Shown here: one piece after another, positions 1 to 12,270 of the stretch | How positions within the stretch are numbered: position 1 is the first letter of the stretch | How the letters are laid out: each line of letters begins with the position of its first letter | NCBI RefSeq assembly: GCF_006345805.1 | Contig: NC_043000.1 | Coordinates: 126,480,001-126,544,000, forward strand | Direction: 5' to 3' | DNA: 64,000 nt | Origin: Octopus sinensis | Taxonomy: Eukaryota | Position numbers and translations under genes: made by a program | Notes under the pieces: generated by a model | The model's database searches: none | Told to the model about the DNA's origin: nothing | What the model saw: only the letters and a program-made list of their open reading frames with translations

Positions 1-2424
1 AAATAAAAACAAAATACCAACTCCATAGGCGTAGGAGTGGCTGTGTGGTAAGTAGCTTGCTTACCAACCACATGGTTCCGGTTTCAGTCCCACTGCGTGG
101 CACCTTGGGCAAGTGTCTTCTACTATAACCTCGGGCCGACCAAAGCCTTGTGAGTCGATTTGGTAGACGGAAACTGAAAGAAGCCCGTCGTATATATGTA
201 TATGTGTGTCTGTGTTAGTCGCCCCCCACTCCCTCCAACATCACTTGACAACCAGTGCTGGTGTGTTTACATCCCCAAGAGAGACTGATAGAATAAGCAC
301 AAAATATCTGTTTTTATGAAACTAACATAGTAAAATTGATAGAAAATCTCTTTTTAAAATTCCTTGTTAACTTGGAGACCGAAGTGTCTTTTCAGATATC
401 AAAAATATTATTTATCAGTCACTGCAAATTAAACGGTTTGTTATGTTTACATCTTTTATCTTTTACTCTCCTTATGAGAGCTCAAAATCTCTCGTAGAAG
501 TGTCATCCAACCAAAATGCAAATATATGGGAAACTACCACCTGTGTCATCTCTTGTGAAAGGTAGGAGAGTCTAGTTTGCTGGACATTGTTGTAGAGCTG
601 AAAACGAGGCAATTTCTACTCTTCTCCTCTGGAAGCCATCTACTCGCAATACCAGAGGGCGCACACTCTCCTACCCTGATGTAATCTCCAGGGATACAGG
701 CATCCAGCAACAGGACCTCCGTAATGCTATGATGGACTGTGAAGTCTGGCGTAGCATGGTAAATTGCATTGTCTTGACCACGGTCGAACAATGATGATGA
801 TTATCTTTTACTTGTTTCAGTCATTAGGCTGTGGCCATGCTGGAGTCACCTTCTTCATTAAGGGTTTTCACCAGCTATGTCTAGTGCTGCCAGAAACATT
901 GATTCTGCTGCCAGCATGAAGTAAAATAGCATGGCATTGTCCTAATCGTTCTTGAACCTCAGGACTATCAAAGACATGTTTAACGTCCATTTAGTCAAAT
1001 AAATCAACCCAGTTCTTATTTTTTTTTTGAGGTCAATTGGTCTCTACCAAACCATTTAGTTATGAGGATGGAAACAAACTAACAGTGACTGTCAAGTGAT
1101 GGTGGTGGTGACGGTAAGGTATGTGTAGGTGTGGGTGACAAAGATACACACACTTTCACAGTTTCATCATTATTTAATGTCTGTGTTCCATGCTAACATG
1201 GGTGGGATGGTACCACAAAAGCTGACCAGGCTGAAGTCTGCACCAGACTTCTGTGACTGTTTTGGCAGGATTTTTACAGCTGGATGCCCTTCCTAACACC
1301 ACCCACTCAGCAGAGTGGACTTATTGCTTTTTATGTAAACAGGCAAGGTGAGTAGTGCTTTTTATGTGGCACTAAATTCATTCACAAGGCATTGGTCAGT
1401 CTGGGACTAATAGCTGACAATTGCTCAAGGTGCTGTATAGTGGGACTGAACCCCAAACTATGTGGCTGCAAAGTGTGCTTCTTAACAACACAGCCAAACC
1501 TTTGTACATGCTGTATATAGTCATTGTTATGCTAAATAATGGCTGTAACAGTAATAACTTGATACATTTGTCACATAACACTGATGGTCCAATAATTTAC
1601 ATATCCTAACATTCTATCAGCCACACTATAATTCATCAATTTATGTTAATTAACTGGAGGTTGTTTATATAAAGAGCTTAATTCATCAAAGTTGTTGGAG
1701 TACTGGAATATTTCCAAATGCATCTTGAATGTTTTTAAGGGTAAAAAATTTCTTTGTCTTTGTCTGGTAACCTCTTGCATCAGTATATTTAATCAAACTT
1801 ATTATTTTTACCTCACCTTGACTCAGCTGTTGAGATTTGTCTCAACTTGTTAGTATGTATTGACCATAATGTTATACAGAAAGAAATTTGATATTTAAAT
1901 TGGTTGGTTGTGAAAGGATTTATAAATCACTTTAGTGAGACGACTGAAAATAATATATGTCAAGTAGAGTTGGTAGAGACAGCCTGGCTGTATAATCTCA
2001 GTATAATTAATGTGTGGTGGACAATGAACTTGTACACTATGTGTGTTGCTTGTAGTGGAAATTTCACTAGATCATTGTCATAGCTGTCATTGAGAAGTAG
2101 GCCTTGCAGATCCATGTTAGGATCAGGTGAACTAACCCACCTCCATGTCCCTCACCCTCACACACACACACACACACACACATGTTCATGACAATAGCTT
2201 CCAATAAGCCCTTGGCATTGTGGGATCGCTGACATCTACCCCCTTGACAATACCCCTGATGTGGGGGTGGGGTGGGGGCACTTGGATGTCACATATTCTT
2301 GCAGGAGAGGAGTGTTCAGATGATTGTGAAAATTAACAGCCGTTCACTCCTAGATCATCAGAGCTATATAGAGAAAGGTGAGTCTTGTATCAACACATGT
2401 TGCCCCATGTGAGTCACCTCCATC

Positions 2425-3100
2425 ATTAAGGGTTTTCACCAACCATGTCTAGAGCTCAGTGCAGCCAGAGACATTGATCCTGCTACCAGCATGAAGTAAA
2501 ATAGCACGACATTGTCCTAATTGTTCTTGAAGCTCAGGACTATCAAAGACAATGGTGACATGGTGTGGATCACTGCAAGCACCTCCATAGGTCTCTCAAT
2601 CTCTCTTCTAGTTCACCAAGTCTTTGTTGATATGCTTCTTGTCAGTAAAGAACCAGAGCAAGATGACTTTCTCAGGGTGTTAGTGTGTTCAGCAAACACT
2701 TCAGCTAGATCACATAGTTCTCTCAAGCCTTACAGCTTATTAGCTGTGATATATTCATCAGATAGGGTTTATATCTGAATTCCTCATGCACCACATATTT
2801 ATCAGTGGACTCCACCATCATAAGCTGTTTGGTAATATCCCTTATCAACCTACTCAAGTCATTGAGAATGTCTTAACCTGCTGGATTTGGCTATGTTGAT
2901 GACATCTGACTGCAGAGAATGTTCCTGTCTCTTGACCAGAGGTTCATCTCTGCTAGACGTCTTCTGTTTTTTCCCTATTCTAAACACAAAGGACAGGTCA
3001 TGTTCAAGAAGCTGGCAATCTCCAACTCACTATGATTGGTAGCTAGAAGCATGGGTATGATGTGGCATTTGTTTTTTCGTGTCAGATTTGAATCTGAAAG
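2425..3100 (-). mobile_element. Decayed Tc1/mariner-superfamily (maT-like) transposase remnant
   Basis: Frameshifted minus-strand translation resembles the HTH region through the first catalytic motif (…HEEFRY…WFFTDKK…). The 2425-2550 segment recurs at about 855-980. Confidence 0.45.
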
Positions 3101-3422
3101 TGAAATAAGAATGTTAAAATTTGGCACATTCCATGTCACATTAGGTCATTTCCAGTTCTGCTAAAGCTGTGTCCATAAATACTCAGTACACTATACAGTG
3201 ATCCCTTGCACGGGTTACATTCCCAAAACCCCTGCAATAGGGGAAAATCCATGAAGTAGAAACAGTACTGTACTGTATATTTTTTAATTATTGTTTATAA
3301 TTTGCATATATTTATTTCATTATAAATGCAAAACAACACCACGGAGAATGCAACGTAAGCTTAAATAATAAACTGCGATATGGCGAGAGATTACTCTGTA
3401 TGTGTGTGTGTGTGTATATATA

Positions 3423-3656
3423 TATCTGTAAATGTAATATGTGATACTTATTCGGTAGCCATGATAAAACTCCAAGTTTTAGATGCTGGGGTGGAAATCC
3501 ACACCGCCATCTCTTCAGTTATCCGGCCATCAGAAAAAATGCTATCTATTGGCTGGATAACTGAAGAGATGGTGGTGTGGATTTCCACCCTAGCATCTGA
3601 AACTTGGAGTTTTATCATGACTACCAAATAATTGTCACATATTATGTTTACAGATA
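3423..3656. repeat. Long inverted repeat (about 107-bp arms, about 20-nt loop), following a Tigger-like end (cagtgatccctt at 3196)
   Basis: 3423-3529 is the near-exact reverse complement of 3550-3656. Confidence 0.9.
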
Positions 3657-3719
3657 AATTCCTCTATTTACATAATATCGAGGTCTCTTTCATTCTTTTG
3701 TTGTCTTACCATTTCTATT

Positions 3720-3751
<32 letters not shown>

Positions 3752-3769
3752 CAGACAGACATATATAAA

Positions 3770-4175
3770 GCAAACACAAAAGGCATCCTTGGGATAATAA
3801 TTGGGGGAATTAGGAGGCCAGAAATTGGCGCTGATGAAGGTACAGAAATTCTCCAACAACCACTTTCCAGGGATTTGGCAAGGAGTCTGAATCTTACTGC
3901 CACACATGTAGCCCTCCAGCAGTAAACTTTCCCAGCCAGGGATTGTCTACAGTCTCCAGCAGCTTCCTGTAGCCATCTGAATTGGTCCTAAGGCCCTGTT
4001 CAAAAATGTGGGAAAGAATTCTGGAGACAGTCAGAATACCTGCTATGTCCTTCCTGCTGGCCACAACTTTGTGGTCTTCATTGCACATCTTACAGCCTTT
4101 ACAGTGTCCAAAGAGTATTGAACAACAGTCATGATGATTTGTCCCAGCAGATACCTGGGGCAAATCATCATCGAG
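3770..4175 (-). mobile_element. Decayed Tc1/mariner-superfamily (maT-like) transposase remnant
   Basis: HIFEQGLRTNSDGYRKLLETVDNPW...HVWQ and KWLLENF...NFWPPNSPNYYPKD, a degenerate WPPNSPDLNPLD motif. Confidence 0.7.
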
Positions 4176-4401
4176 ATCAGGACATTTTTTCCAATATTCA
4201 GATGGTGTGTGCACACACATACACATATAGGTGTGTATGTGTATTAATGTTTTATCTATTAAATAATTTTTATTGCATTATTCTTTTCTCAGGGTCACTA
4301 ATTAAAATTTATTTTTTTAGCAAGAAACAAAGCACAACCTTGCTAAAATAATTAGCATTGTTCTTTATTTATTCTCTTCTATTTTGATTTCATAACTGCA
4401 G

Positions 4402-4533
4402 GAACAATATCACCACCCACCAATAAGAAGGTCGACTTCGCTGACTGGAAAGAAACTTCACCAGAACCTTTCGGCAAACTGGAGCAGACTTGACAATACA
4501 GAAAGCATTTTACCAACTGGAAATCAGACTGGA
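4402..4533 (+). CDS. Gene A (uncharacterised), first visible coding exon
   Basis: Acceptor ctgcag, donor gtaatt, 132 nt, phase 0-0. Only one frame is open: EQYHHPPIRRSTSLTGKKLHQNLSANWSRLDNTESILPTGNQTG. It joins the 5982 exon in frame. Confidence 0.6.
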
Positions 4534-4708
4534 GTAATTAATGTTTACTGATATTTTTAATCTTTACTTCCGTTCCATCCTTATACAGAAATAACACCCT
4601 GCTTTGTATGAGATATTTTAGGCTACTTACTTCCAAATTATATTTTTCTTCTCTGACAAAGAACATAGAAAAGAGCAGTCTTTACTAAACCCCAAAGAAT
4701 ACAAACAT

Positions 4709-4986
4709 TTGCAGCGTGGAAGGTGTTTATAAGCCATTTAAGAAGCACACAAAAACCATTAGATTCATTTCAACATTTAAATTTAATTTGTCAAAATATT
4801 TTCGTCGCTTTGAAACTGCGACCTGTTCCCTGACAAAATTCCATACTGCATCATGGAATTTTGTCAGTGAACAGGTCACGGTCTCAAAGCGACGAAAATA
4901 TTTTGACAAATTAAATTTAAATGTTGAAGTGAATCTAACGGTTTTTGTGTTTCTTAAATGGCTTATAAACACCTTCCACGCTGCAA
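4709..4986. repeat. Near-perfect palindrome (about 135-bp arms, 8-nt loop), probable fold-back MITE
   Basis: The arms are reverse complements. This explains why ORFs 4716+ and 4727- share the peptide STFKFNLSKYFRRFET. Confidence 0.92.
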
Positions 4987-5981
4987 TTGTTTTCATTCCA
5001 GAACACGATCTCAGATCAGGTCACTTGCTATGCAAGTACATCTCTATAAATACAAACATTCCTCTTTAGATACAATTGGCAATGGGTACACTCTATTGAC
5101 AAAACCCAATGAGGCTGAAATGCATGTCTAGCATTCTCCCTGCCACAGCTGGATGATTTTAATCTGCTACTGATAAAATTTGTTTAAAAATATAGTATGT
5201 CCATGAGATGTATTATCTCCAGATGAATACTGCTGCTAATCTGCTTTTATACAATGTATTTGCATTAAGTATGATACATAGTTGGCTATTTTAATCTAAT
5301 ACTACTTCCATTGTGCACAATTGATTTTTTTTATTTGGCTGGGCAGGATTACCTTGAGAGAAAATGATTGCTCTTTCATGATAGGGGGCTGTTAAGTTGT
5401 TTTTATATGGATGAATAGAACATTGCATTCGGAATAGTTTAGATGAGCGATAAAGTAAAATAAAATGCTACACAAGCTGATGAACTGACAATCTGGTGAT
5501 TGCATAAATTTCAAGCTGTGTAAAAAATAACACACACACATACAATCATCATCTTCCTTTGATATCCATTTTCCATGCTAATATGGGTTGGATAGTTTGA
5601 TAAGATCTAACAAGCAACAGGACTGCATTGGGCATCGATGTTAGCATTGACATTTGTAATGCCAATCACTTTTCAGTGTGTGTTATATAAAGCCATCATT
5701 GTTTTAACATCTATTTTTCCATGTTTGCATGAGTCAGGTGAGACTTCATTGAGGGAGAATTTTTTATAGCTGGAAGCTCTTCCTGATGCCAACCCTCACC
5801 TGTTTCCAAGCAAGTTAATAATCCCCCAGTCTATCAAACAATGAACAGACCAAATATGTTTTTTCAGAGGACAACAAACAAATGATACTGTTTGAATGAA
5901 TGGTGAATTTAAACCAATGATATAATTTTGTTATTTAAAAGCAAATTCTTACATTTCAATAAAATTATCGTTCATTACCAG

Positions 5982-6126
5982 AAATCCAGACAAAATGTTT
6001 ATCACTCCAACATTCAAAGAAAATTCTACAAGCAATTTGAAAAATTTGAAACTGAAGGAAAAGTGGACACATCAAAAAAATCTTTAACCGGATCATCAAA
6101 ATCCAGAATAGAAGCTAAGTCAAGAG
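5982..6126 (+). CDS. Gene A coding exon 2
   Basis: Acceptor ttaccag, donor gtaatc, phase 0-1. Encodes KSRQNVYHSNIQRKFYKQFEKFETEGKVDTSKKSLTGSSKSRIEAKSR. Confidence 0.75.
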
Positions 6127-7704
6127 GTAATCAGAGCTTTTCGTTAACAGTTTTGTTGCCATATTTCTCTTGAAATACACTACCTGTGTCTCAGTTAATG
6201 AAGAATATAAGTGAAATAACTTTGTCATTTATTAAGTTCGTGTTTAGAACCTACCATATTTAAACCAGCCATATCTGGTCTAAGTATTCTACCAGCATCA
6301 TGACAATGTTATTCTTAAAATATGCAGTCACATGCTCGAAAACTTGAAACTACAAGATAATGCATGATTGATTTAAAATGAATGAACAAGCATTACATTT
6401 GACAGAGTAATCTGAATGCTAAAGGGTTAATGGCATATAACTTGCACATTTTTTTTTTGCCAAAAAATGTCCTGTGGAACGGACATGTGAAAGGAAAGGT
6501 GACGTATGAATGACTCCTTTAAACACCGCATGGTCGCTTTACAATAAAAACCAAAATATGGATAAATGAATATGAGTACCAGAATGAAATGAATGACGAC
6601 ACAACCGTAAATGTTAAGAGAGAGGTTTTATTTAGATGTTAACATGTGGGTAGCAAAGTGTGTGTGCGTTATAAGTACATATATAATAAGAGCAATAATA
6701 ATAATAGACAGGCCGTGAAGCATACATAATGTGTAGGTGTGTACAAACAAGGGTGTATGCGTGTGAGATAAAATACAGAGTATAGAAAGTGTCAACAATA
6801 GGATGCTAGATGAATGTTCAGACACAAGGTAAAGATAAATACCAGTTCATAGTAAAGTACACAATAGTAGTAGATCTGTAACAATGAGGTTGAGGAGACA
6901 ATTGCAGAGCCAGCTGAACACATGTCATGTAGCGGTTGTGGCTACTATGCTGTACCGGGTTACTTGGTACAGAAGGTTCTTGCAGGTTGAGCTTACTGTT
7001 AACCATGGTGAAGTATTCACAAACAGTGAGAAGTTAAACCTAGGTGAAACATTTACACAAACACACACACATGAACTACATGGCTGTATATTGTTGTAGT
7101 TGTTTAGTTCCAAGCTGGCCCTGATCAAGTAAATCTATAATAAAAATATTCACACCATGACAATTCCATTTCTTTCTTTAACTTGGAATAGCATACCCTG
7201 GTATAAGATATCCAATGTGTCCCATTTTTTAAGAGAGTAGATTGTTATTTGAGGGAGACTTGGCTGTTATTTCTAGTCAGTCATGTAACCATGTCAGAGT
7301 TTTCTTGATAGCTCATGCATGTATGTAAATTTTGTATATGTCCATATGTGAAGGTGAATGGCCTAGGGGTTTGAGTGTTGCTCCCACAATCGTAACATTG
7401 TGGTTCCAATTCCTAGACTGATCAGTGCATTGTGTTCTTGAGCAAAGCACTTCAGTCCACTCACATGTAAATGAGTTCCAGCAATAGTTAGGAAGTTAAC
7501 CCTTTGGTGGGCTAGTGTCCCTTTCAGAGGCAGGGAGTGCTGTAATCTCACTTTTACCCCATAGAAGCTGGGTTAAGCTCCATACTTATAAATCCTTGGG
7601 CTCATGACAGACCCAAGTAAGTCATGTATATAGTGATGCCATCATATTTAAGAAAATTAATTTTATTGGCTACTGTATATCCTTTCTTTTCTCATATATA
7701 TCAG

Positions 7705-7787
7705 ATCAATTGCACGATGACCCTGATAGAGAGAGTATGGAATTTTACCCATTCACAGAACCATCATTTGGACACAGATATTCTGAA
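7705..7787 (+). CDS. Gene A coding exon 3
   Basis: Acceptor tatcag, donor gtaaga, phase 1-0. Encodes (D)QLHDDPDRESMEFYPFTEPSFGHRYSE. Confidence 0.8.
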
Positions 7788-8214
7788 GTAAGAAAGTTTC
7801 AGTGTGTATTGTCTTGATTAAAACTTTTACTGCTTATCTTCAGTGAAGTATTACATATGGATATCATTAAATATCCTCAGCCTTTTATGAGATGTAAAGG
7901 AGAAGGGTAGTAGCGGAAGTAAATACTAAATTTGACAGTGTTTGTATGCCTTTGAACTTTAATATTGTTGTCTTTTGATTAATTTGTATCACATTCTTAA
8001 TAGTAACATCTGTAAATTTCTCTCTAGGCTGTATGTTAACTGTAACTGGGTGTTACCATGAAAAGCAGTTTTTTCTGTATCAGACTATAAAGAAAATAAT
8101 ACAAGTGATACAATTTCAAGACATCGTTTTCTTAAAAGTTGACTCTTTTTTCTCTTTTAATCAGTAGCTCAATGCTTAAGGACTAAATTGAAATTATTTG
8201 TGTGATATTTTCAG

Positions 8215-8270
8215 GATCTTAAAACAGAATTTGAAATGCGTTTGGCTCATTTTGCAAGAAAATTCTCATG
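8215..8270 (+). CDS. Gene A coding exon 4
   Basis: Acceptor ttttcag, donor gttagt, phase 0-2. Encodes DLKTEFEMRLAHFARKFS. Confidence 0.8.
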
Positions 8271-8662
8271 GTTAGTTACATTTGATTATCAAATAAAACT
8301 ATAACTATTTGAGTTAGTTAAATGAATGACAGTCAGAGAAAAATTATAATAAAGATTAATATGATTTCTTGTAAATTAGATAACATTTATTTGGTTTGAG
8401 GACAGAAATAAATATCTAAAAAAAAAAAAATTATTACATTCTGGTGAATGTAATGACATGGGTTTTGAATGAGTTAATATATTGCATTCTCATGGCAAGA
8501 ATAAAGCATAAATAAAGCATTAACAAAGCACTTGTGGTGCAAAAACATGCAGAGATAAATAAACACACACATACACAAATTTAAATAATGAAAATTGATA
8601 TTTTTTGCAGAGTTCAAGTTATTTTTTTAAAATTTAACAATTCTAAACTTTTCTTTGTTTAG

Positions 8663-8755
8663 CCACAGTTCTGAGAAAACTCCATGCCATATATTATTTG
8701 AAAGTGGTCAAACTATTGAGTTTGGCAAAGATTGGGTTGAAAGACATATTGAAAG
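8663..8755 (+). CDS. Gene A coding exon 5
   Basis: Polypyrimidine tract plus tttag, donor gtaaat, phase 2-2. Encodes (C)HSSEKTPCHILFESGQTIEFGKDWVERHIE. A second in-frame acceptor gives an exon start at 8669. Confidence 0.8.
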
Positions 8756-8899
8756 GTAAATTCTTTTTCAAATTATTATAATTTCAGAAATCCCTGAATA
8801 TCCGAAATTATTATTCCTTGTAAATAATGATTGTTTTCACCAAATTATCTACTACAGTAAGCAAAGAAATACAGCAGTATTGCTTTACCATATTTGTCA

Positions 8900-9378
8900 A
8901 CCGATCCTATGACTAGCACCAACCAATCCTATGACTGGCAGTTGCCAGTGCCGCTGGACTGACTCCTGTGCAGGTGGCAAGTAAAGAAACACTGTTTCGA
9001 CCCTGTCCTTGAGGAGACCTATTGAGTCAAGTACATCAACATCAAAAATCATTGGAAACTGTAGTTGTGGTCCCTGTGCCGGTGGCACATAAAAAACATC
9101 ATCCGAATGTGGCCGATGCCAGCACCGCCTGGACTGGCTTCTGTGCCGGTGGCACGTAAAAAGCACCAACTGATCGTGGCCGTTGCCAGCCTCACCTGGC
9201 ATGTAAAAAGCACCCACTACACTCACGGAGTGGTTGGCGTTAGGAAGGGCATCCAGCTGTAGAAACACTGCCAGATCAGACTGGAGCCTGGTGCAGCCTT
9301 CTGGCTTCCCAGACCCCGGTTGAACCGTCCAACCCATGCTAGCATGGAAAATGGACGTTAAACGATGATGATGATGTT
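8900..9378 (+). mobile_element. SINE-like family C copy ending in (GAT)n
   Basis: Shared 3' end ...ggttgaaccgtccaacccatgctagcatggaaa..ggacgttaaacgatgatgat. Other copies at about 13505-14100(-), 17533-18557, 36270-36778 and 37705-38010(-). Confidence 0.75.
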
Positions 9379-11788
9379 AGCCGTTTTGTGATTATTTGAA
9401 TTCTCAGTTGCTGAAGCTAATTCATTCAACCTACTGTATTCCTTTCTGAAAGACAGGAATGTGATGCTGACCATTTCTTCACCCCTGAAATACCGTTTAT
9501 CTTTTACTTGTTTCAGTAACTGGACTGTAGCTATGCTGGGGCGGGGCACAACCTTGAGAGGTTTAGTTGAACAAATCAGCTCCTGTATTTATCTCTGCTG
9601 CTTATTCTATTGGTCTATTTTGCTCAACTGTTATGAGAATGTAAACAAACCAACACTGGTTGTCAAATGGTGAAAGGGGATAAACAAAGACACACACATA
9701 TACATATTCACAATAGGCTTCCGCATAGTTTCCTCTTAACCAGATTCACTCACAAGGCCTGGGGCTGTAGGAGAAGACACTCGCCCAAGGTGCTGTGCAT
9801 TAGGACTGAACCTGAAGCTACATGGTAGCAAAGCAAGTTGAGTGAAATTGAGTTGATGGAAACTGTGAAAAAGTCCACCAGATGGCACTTGCATCTGTTC
9901 TTTGGTGGTAGACTTTGTCATCCTGTTTAGCATCACCATTTGGCACTTTTGTGTCTTTAGTGGAGTCCACTTTATTGCAAGCATTCAGCCCAGGTCTCCA
10001 ATCTGATGATAACCAATGGGTCATGGCTTCTGCTCCTTTTCTCTCCAAGTCTCAGAGGTCTTGCAAAAAGTCTTGGGCACTGCCCTTTATCTCTGGGCAA
10101 AATCATAAAAATCATTTTTAAAAAAAGCAAAGTACAGGTGTGGCTGTGTGGTAAGAAGTCTGCTTTTCAACCACATGGTTCTGGGTTTAGTTCCACTGCA
10201 TTGCACCTTGGGCAAGTGTCTTCTACTTTAGCCTCAAGGCAACCAAAGCCTTCTGAGTGGATTAGTTACACCCAAATTCTTTTCTATTTTAGGCACAAGG
10301 CCTGAAATTTTTGGAGAGGTGGGGGTAGTCGATTAGATCGACTCCAGTATGCAACTGGTACTTAATTTACTGACCCTGAAAGGATGAAAGGCAAAGTCGA
10401 CCTCGGCAGAGTTTGAACTCAGAATGTAAAGACAGATGAAATACCGCTAAATATATCTCACCCGGTGTGCTAATGTTTCTGCCAGCTTGCTGCCTTGTTA
10501 CACACAAATTGAAAGAAGCCTGTCATATGTGTGTGTCTTTGTTTCTTTGTTTGCCCCCACCCCACTAACAGGTATTGGTTTGTTTATGTCCCCATCATAA
10601 CTTAACAGTTTGGGAAAAGAGACTGATAGAATAAGTACCAGGCTTTAAAAAAAAGCTCTAGGGTTGATTCTTCAAGAGTCTGCCCCAGCATGGTCACAAT
10701 CTAATGACTGAAATAAAAATAAAAAAGTTCACAAATTCAAACCAATTTAAGTGCCAGGGGGTGAATTGAATTTTAAAATGTTGGAAAGAATCCTTTAAGA
10801 ACGTTATTTATTCCATCCCATCCATCCACTCGACTGTGTTGTCTCTTAAAAATGTGGCTGAGAAACACTAAATTTATTGTAAGTATTTAGTTTCATCTTA
10901 ATTGGTTCTTAGTTCAGATACTTTCACAGAATGGCAAAATTGCTAGTGCATTAGGCTAAATACTTTATGGTATTAGTTACAGCCCTGAGTTCAAATCTTG
11001 GTGAAAGTATCAGTCAAATACATGGGTTGATTTTTTTTTTTATTCATATAAAGCAGGGGTTTTCAGCCATTTTTTATCTATAGACCTCTTTGATTACTAT
11101 TTTATTCTGGTGGACTCTCAAAGCCATTTGATGTTTAAAAACTAGTTTTATAGAAACTTCTTTCAAAATTCCTATTTTGTTTGTTACACATTAACTTGTG
11201 TAGGTTGAACTATGTAAAATGTTAGAGAAAGAAACCTAGCTGTTTCTTGCAATACATACCAATATACACACCTAGAGCAAATTTTTTACAGAGGCCCTTA
11301 AAATACTATACTATTGTGGATTCCCAATTTACTATTTTGTTGTGTAGACCCCCAAAAATCTGCTATAAAGCATCCTCCATGTACTGAATTATAACAGAAT
11401 ACTAAAACATTTCTGAGGTTGTTAAAATTAGCACTGGTAGTGAGTTAGTATTAATTCAATTAACTCTTTATTCCTTTAGGGAAAACTTGTGTTTATGTAA
11501 GAAATCAATATTTCTGGTTTTGTATGTTTTGACAAGGTGCCTGAACATTCTCATCTTAATTTGGAATAATATAAACTTTACTCCATCTGTCGATGAGTTC
11601 CAAATCAGGACTAAAATAGAAGAGGTTCCTGCAATGCACCAAACTGTATACCTTTTTCTTTTTTATGCTTTGGACTGTTTGAGCCAAGCAGTTCTGATTA
11701 ATTTACTGATCTCACAGTTCCTTTCCCTTTGCTCTGTCTGAACCCGTGGCTTTGATTTCGATAACCAGGCACACAAAAATTACCACTA

Positions 11789-12270
11789 CAGTGATCCCTT
11801 GCTACTTCGCGGTTCAACTATCGTGGATTCACGACTTCACAGATTTTTAAAATATATATACATGAACGCCTAAAATTTTTCATTAAATCCATTAAAATAT
11901 TAATAATAAGTAGGAACAACAAAACATGTGTAAAATAGCACAAAAGCATATACAGGGGTATTTGAACTTAAGACGAGCTGTGATTGGGGCAATGGAGAGA
12001 GACAACGAATCACAGCTTTCTATTTTGTAATCTGGCCTGTGTAACAGTAACAATCTTTATTTTTTTTAATCTAAAGTGTTATTGCTTAACAGTTGTCCTT
12101 GTTATTAATAGACTATTGTAATGGGTGGATTGTTAACAGTACAGGGAGGGTTTTAAAAGTTCAAATACACGTTAAATAAATACTGTAAATGTGGTGTCCC
12201 TACTTCGCAGAAATTCAGTTATCACAGCCGGTCTTGGAACCAATTTACCGCAATAAACGAGGGATCACTG
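11789..12270. mobile_element. Tigger/pogo-like MITE
   Basis: TIR cagtgatccct ... agggatcactg, flanked by TA on both sides. Confidence 0.8.

Noticed and set aside
2305-2377. Possible upstream exon of gene A (cttgcag ... AG/gtgagt; ERSVQMIVKINSRSLLDHQSYIEK)
   Set aside because: The splice signals are good, but it ends in phase 1 while the only open frame of the 4402 exon needs phase 0, and the phase-0 reading has a stop. It cannot be supported without RNA data.
9818-10121. Overlapping short ORFs in gene A intron 5
   Set aside because: No recognisable motif and no splice-compatible boundaries; probably an old retroelement scrap.
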